Positions 57,460 through 64,000 of a stretch of 64,000 nt of DNA are shown here, in pieces. The number at the start of each line of letters is the position of its first letter. The stretch's first letter is position 1. The notes under the pieces were generated by a model that worked only from the letters and a program-made list of their open reading frames with translations, was not told the origin of the DNA and searched no databases. The position numbers and the translations under genes were made by a program. This DNA is from Octopus vulgaris. Lineage: Eukaryota. The DNA lies in contig OX597826.1 of the NCBI GenBank assembly GCA_951406725.2, positions 62,062,001 through 62,126,000 of the forward strand. Direction: 5' to 3'.

Positions 57460-57880
57460 AGGGAGAATTCGTAAAAAAAAAAGACGAAGACAGGTAGTGT
57501 AGACAACAAACAGATGTATTAGTTTAACGCTCGGGAAGTGAAAAAGTTTTTAACGTTTCGAGCCTACGCACTTCCACAGAAATGAACACAGAAAGAAACA
57601 GGGAGAGAACATAAAGAATGTGTAGTGGCTAGAGGTCACACAGGAGAGCTCGGAAGAGGAGGTGATAATAAAGTAGTGGGGATCCCAAAACAAAGGTGCG
57701 CGTGTCTATGTATAAGAGAGCATGTATGTGCATGAGAAAGAGGGCTGGTGACCTTAATGTGTGTGCACGTGTAGGTGTGTGGATTATGGTGTGGGGCTGG
57801 GAAGTGGTCAGTAATAGCGTGTGCGTGGTGGTGTGATGTGATGTGGTGTTGTGTGGTATGGTCGTGCGTGGTGTGGAGAC
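57460..57880 (-). mobile_element. PLE terminal fragment, same family as 37187-37680
   Basis: aaagacgaagac...aacgtttcgagcctacgc..cttc.acagaaa...gctgggaagtggtcagt. Confidence 0.65.
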
Positions 57881-58429
57881 AACATGTGCTTTTGTCAATC
57901 TCTTTAAATTCTTGGAGATTTTAGGTATAATTATACTAATGTGTCCATCTGCTCTAATTTAATTAAATTCTGTGCAGCTGAAGATTGCTTTACATTTTAA
58001 ATTAATATAATGATGGCTTTGTTCAATTAAATGGAGTTGCATGAAATGATCGTACTGCATTACCTCTGGATATGCTTATTTTAAATTTAATCACCTTACT
58101 TCGAAAAGGTTGCGTGGTGTTCGATCATATAATAATATAAATAATATATAAATATATGCATATATACATACATATATGTACATACCTACGTATATATAAG
58201 AAACTGAGGAAAATATATCTTTCAAAGTGGTATGTTTAACTTCCAGTTCACTGGTATTTCTGTTGGATACCATATAAATATTGGTGTAATTCAATAATAA
58301 AGATAAATTAAATGTACAAATGTTCTATTGACAATCCAATAATTTATTTATATTACGATATTACATTAAATACTATGAATATAATATATAACGTAACGTA
58401 ATATTGTATTAATAATTATATAAACCGTG

Positions 58430-59640
58430 TGTCAGGTCAGACTAGTGCTGCTACCAAAATTACAGTAGATGCAACTTTGCTGGTTCCAAATGTATTGACC
58501 TTGTCTCTGCTTTGAACTAAATCAGTGAAGTTGAGAGGGGGATTGTGCAAATTGGGTAAGGCATGTTCTCCATACATTCAGAGTCCAGGCATTTAGCTTA
58601 GCCAAGGACTTAGAATTTCTGGGAGGACCCTGCAAAGAAAAGAGAGCGCATGGAGAGGACACTTCATCCTTGCTGTAACAGGTAAGGGAAGCAACACGAG
58701 AGTGGCAGATTACGGGTTATAAGGCATCCTTATTTGGTGAAGCGAGATGTCGCCACGGGTCATCTACGACGATGGGTGGGAGTGATTATTCAATCGCACT
58801 GATCAGCTACCTCTCTTCTTAAACTGGGCAGTCCCTAGTCAGTAAGGTGCTGATCCACCACGTCTATCCGCTGCTAAGGGTGTATGGAGCTAGGGCAAAA
58901 ATCGAAAAGCAGGCGTAAAGCCCAGCACCTGGCAAAAGGGGAAAAAATTGAAATTGAACCCATTGAAAATGGGTACCTGGAATGTCAGAAAAATGACAAC
59001 CGGAATGGACATTACTGACCCGGGCAAAACAGAGGACATCAGGAAAACGGCAATCATTGACAAGGAGCTCACACGGCTGAATGTAGACATCAATACCCTG
59101 CAAGAGGCAAGACTTGCTGACTCTGATTCCGTTAGGGAAAGAAACCACACATTCTTCTGGAAGGGTCTTCGGAAAGATGAGAGGAGAATCCATGGTGTGG
59201 CATTCGCAGTACACAACAGATTGCTGAACAAGATCAGTACTCCTCGAGAGATCCCAAGATCATCAACTACCCCTAAAAAATAAAGGGGACAAGTGAGACT
59301 GCAATAACTACAGACGCATCTCCCTTCTGAGTATCACTAGAAAAGCTTTTGCGAGGATCATTCTGGAACGACTTCTGAAGCTAGCAGAAAGAGTACTACA
59401 AGAGAGCCAGTGCGGTTTTAGATTTAACCGTTCAACAATGGATATGATCTTCTCCATTCGTCAACTACAAGAAAAATGCCGGAAGCAGCACTTACCAATA
59501 TATATAGCATTTGTAGAGCTGACAAATGCATTTGATAAAGTTAGCCGATCGGACATGTACATGGTGCTTGGAAAATGTGGATGTCCCCCAATACAGCTGC
59601 AGCTCATTGTTTCGTTCCATGATGACATGAAGGCCACCAA
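58430..59640 (+). mobile_element. RTE-clade LINE: 5' region, APE endonuclease N-terminus, internal deletion near 59250, RT fragment
   Basis: MGTWNVR..LQEARL..HTFFWKG..HGVAFAV; NNYRRISLLS; ESQCGFR..MDMIFSIRQLQEKC..AFVELTNAFDKVSR; 5' boundary approximate. Confidence 0.88.
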
Positions 59641-59949
59641 GAAGCTGCAAGAAAAGGAGCCCCTGATATGTTCGATTAAGTCACCTCTAAGCTAAATTGA
59701 CCATATGCATAGACGAAAAGGACCAATTATTATTATAAACCATAAAGGTCAACAAATTGTTTCGAATTATATATATTTTTCTGATATACATAATCACAGT
59801 TCCATTATATAAGTCACTTCCGTGTCACAGGATGGCTGGATTGTAAAAATTAATTCAAATAGCTGTGTTATGAGCGTGAACGTTGACTATTCAATCTTAT
59901 ATCAATTACAATTACAAAACAAATGCACACACATAAACACACACACATA

Positions 59950-59985
<36 letters not shown>

Positions 59986-60089
59986 TACAAGAAAATATAG
60001 ATATATACTCTACCAACATCTAACGATGTTGAACCCTACTATAATATATTTGCACATATCTATGCGCATACATACACCACATTAACATA

Positions 60090-60467
60090 CAAACGTCTCA
60101 CTCAACGTATTCCAGCTTCCATACAGATATATACTCCAATAGAGACAATTTTCCTAACTTGTTGACTCTAGATCACAGAAAACTATCCTCATCTGATTCC
60201 AACCCGTTGTAATTTCTTTCAGTCATTGATTCAGTCTACCTCTTTGACTCCTTCTCTCTCCCCATCTCTTCACCTCCCTCTCTGTGTACATATATATCAT
60301 TCTCCCTTTGCTTCCGTCTTTCTCTTTACTCTAGATGAAGGAGTAACACCCGAAAGGTTAAGAGAGATTTTTCCTTATCGAAGCGTTAACCTAATGCTAG
60401 TTTAGTTGAACTCTCTCAAACTTTCTTTAGATGTTCTCTTTTAAAACGACTATTTCTTTTCCGCTAC

Positions 60468-60470
<3 letters not shown>
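60090..60470 (+). mobile_element. Probable PLE terminal fragment ending in (TA)n, with degenerate HHR at 60329-60364
   Basis: ctct-AGATGAA-ggagtaacacc-cGAAA-ggTTAagag. Confidence 0.45.
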
Positions 60471-60546
<76 letters not shown>

Positions 60547-60557
60547 GTATGTATTTA

Positions 60558-60627
<70 letters not shown>

Positions 60628-60629
60628 TA

Positions 60630-60715
<86 letters not shown>

Positions 60716-60737
60716 CGTGTATATATATATATATATA

Positions 60738-60962
60738 TATTTCTTTACTACCCACAAGGGGATAAACACAGAGGGGACAAACAAAGACACACAAACGGAT
60801 TAAGTCGATTACATCGACCCCAGTGGGTAACTGGTACTTATTTAATCGACCCCGAAAGGATGAAAGGCAAAGTCGACGTCGGCGGAATTTGAACTCAGGA
60901 CGTAACGGCAGACGAAATTCGGCTACGCATTTCGCCCGGCGTGCTACCGTTTCTGCCAGCTC
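60738..60962 (-). mobile_element. SINE-A full copy
   Basis: Reverse complement of 1163-1392. Confidence 0.9.
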
Positions 60963-61116
60963 ATAAATATGTGTGTGTGTTTAGTGTTGACATAATGCAC
61001 AAAGATATATATACACACACAGACACGCTCAATATACATAACTTTAGTTGTAACACTATATCATGAAGTTTGTCTACTTTATACAGGCGAAATCCTTATT
61101 CTGATGAAACAGTGCA

Positions 61117-61144
61117 GAAGAAGAAGAAGAAGAAGAAGAAGAAG

Positions 61145-61175
<31 letters not shown>

Positions 61176-61207
61176 GGAAGAAAAAGAAGAAGAAAAAGAA
61201 GGATGAG

Positions 61208-61238
<31 letters not shown>

Positions 61239-61346
61239 GGAAGAAAAAGAAGAAGAAAAAGAAGGATGAGAAGAAGATGAAGAAGAAGAAGAAGAAGAAG
61301 AAGAAGAAGAAGAAGAAGAAGAAGAAGAAGAAGAAGAAGAAGAAGA
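61117..61346. repeat. (AAG)n microsatellite with a ~63-bp internal duplication
   Basis: gtggaagaaaaagaagaagaaaaagaaggatgag occurs twice. Confidence 0.95.
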
Positions 61347-61658
61347 ACTATATGTATTTTGTATTTGCCGGCGTATTTACAAAATTGGATGAAAACTTGT
61401 ACATCCGAAACTGACAGTTCTGCGAAATTTGCTTATTCTTTTGTTCGTAGGTCTGTTTAAGTGTTTTCGATATTTGTCTCAGAGTGGTAAGAAGTGTAAT
61501 GCTGCTATAGACTAAACAATTATTATCTAACTTCAAAACTAACCACGGAGCCTTTTAACGCTTCTTTTATACTTAAATAAATACTTACTTCGGTTAAAAA
61601 AAAAAAAATCAAAAAAAAAAATCCTTCAAGCATTTTATTTTATGTTGAATGAAACTAC

Positions 61659-61726
<68 letters not shown>

Positions 61727-61954
61727 CCAGTGCTTTTGTCCATCTGTTATTGATATTGTTGTTCATTGTTTAATATACGTGTTTTTTTTTCTATTTTGCT
61801 CCTTTATAATTTCACCTTTTAACCTTCAAAACAGGTTATCCTTTTCTCGCTTCCTCTCTGCACACACACACACACACACTTAAACACATAAATGTTTATA
61901 TATATATATATATATATATATATCTACATACACACATATATATATATGCATATA

Positions 61955-62000
<46 letters not shown>

Positions 62001-62006
62001 TATATA

Positions 62007-62130
<124 letters not shown>

Positions 62131-62352
62131 TACATACGTATGAGTGGTGGGAATTATGTGCATATGTGCGTTTCTGTGCGTGAGTATATTATATATGCAT
62201 TCAGTTTTACGAAAATAATATACATACTCATATTTGCACGTATAAATCGGTAGTGGTGTGTATATGTATATCTTAAGTGTACGTTTTTACGTGTACGTTC
62301 GTCTGTGCGTGTGTCCCTGTGTGTGTATATGTACGTGTCTGTATGTGTGCAC

Positions 62353-62386
<34 letters not shown>

Positions 62387-62749
62387 ATGTGCGTATAGGT
62401 ACCTACTTTTCCTTTCACACGGCAAATCTTTTGCAACTTAAGTTTACATATTCGTATGGGTTTATGTTCGTGATTTTTGTGGAGTCTTGGGATTTTTTTT
62501 TTTAAATTTTCGCTTTTGTTTTGTTTTGTTTTTGAAGTTGTCTGAAGTTGATATAATCGTATTATATATTTAATAATTTTATTCTCCTGCAGAGATAAAT
62601 CCTTGGGGAATTCTGAAGAAATGCTTCACTGAGTAAACGTTTGCTTCTACTGAAGATTCTAAGCTCGCGTCTACTTATTGAAGCTGTCATTGGTCCAGCC
62701 CTTTGTAAAGTGCAATATTCCACAAGTATGCTTAACACGTCTGTCAGCT

Positions 62750-63041
<292 letters not shown>

Positions 63042-63043
63042 TT

Positions 63044-63255
63044 TATTTCTTTATTGCCCACAGGGGGCTAAACATAGAGGGGACAGACAAACGGATTAAG
63101 TCGATTACATCGACCCCAGTGTGTAACTGGTACTTATTTAATCGACCCCGAAAGGATGAAAGGCAAAGTCGACCTCGGCGGAATTTGAAATCAGAACGTA
63201 GCGGCAGACGAAATACCGCTAGGTAGTTCGCCCGGCCTGCTAATGATTCTGCCAG
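63044..63255 (-). mobile_element. SINE-A full copy
   Basis: Reverse complement of 1163-1392. Confidence 0.9.
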
Positions 63256-63791
63256 GAGAGGAATCTTTTGAGGTTTGGATAATTCACCCTTGGAAACATG
63301 GGTGTTTCGTTTATCATCCTTAAACAAACCTTATTCAAGGACCTTTTGAGTGGAATGGGTTACTCGACGTGAAGAAAATTCTAACTGAGCCCTACCTGCA
63401 AGGGCATGCGCTGTTTATCTCGATTGTTAAAAATCTTCTTGGGCCCAGTTCTTCCTGAGGGAGACTGGCTGTTCTTCGCCTTCGTCTATGTCTGGCCAAC
63501 AGCCGCCTTCAGTCTATTCCATTTTCCATACCAGAAGAAAGAGTATCAGTGAATGGAAAACAAACATTTGTACCATAAATAAGTTATGAGAGTCCGGTTT
63601 ACTAAAAACTGTGAACTGTTAAAAATTCTTATATTACTGTAAATATACACACAAACATTGGGACCGATGCATTAGAGAGAGTGATCTTCGTAAATTGAAA
63701 ACAAAATATTTTGGCTGTGAAACGAAAAGCTTTTGCAGGCGACGCTCTCTTCACCACTTCCTGTCTGTCTGTCTGTCTGTCTCTGTCTGTC

Positions 63792-63841
<50 letters not shown>

Positions 63842-64000
63842 CTATTATTTTTATTACTCTTACAACATGTCCTTCACTGAATTACTATTTTCTCTTCACC
63901 CCTTTCACTTATACTACTCTTTCTTTTACTCCTACCAGCTGCGTGAATATATATATATATATATATTCAAATATAATAAAACACAACACTTTTATTATAT

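Overview
This is AT-rich, repeat-saturated eukaryotic DNA, probably intronic or intergenic. The SINE families look like those of coleoid cephalopods, most likely Octopus; that assignment is inferred from recalled SINE sequences, not from a search. I can support no host protein-coding gene, and almost all listed ORFs are microsatellite or SINE artefacts. The real coding remnants are transposon-derived. They are a young 5'-truncated Penelope-like element (PLE; RT + GIY-YIG, 15461-17946) with an inverted terminal repeat, older PLEs, R4/Dong-like REL-endonuclease LINEs, RTE, CR1-like and L1/Tx1-like LINE fragments, a Gypsy integrase, Tc1/mariner remnants and hAT MITEs. Six signals stand out. (1) Many hammerhead-ribozyme (HHR) motifs lie in PLE termini, including a fully canonical one at 5911-5990 (-) and a U3-A8 covariant pair in the young PLE. 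(2) ORF-less fold-back and tandem HHR-bearing elements sit at 18.5-20.1 kb. (3) A base-resolved three-jump template-switch fossil lies at 27781-28008. (4) One SINE repeatedly inserts into itself at a single site. (5) Different retroelement families occupy different microsatellites ((TA)n, (CATA)n, (TAA)n). (6) A CR1-like LINE shares its 3' tail with a SINE. Boundaries of degenerate elements are approximate.
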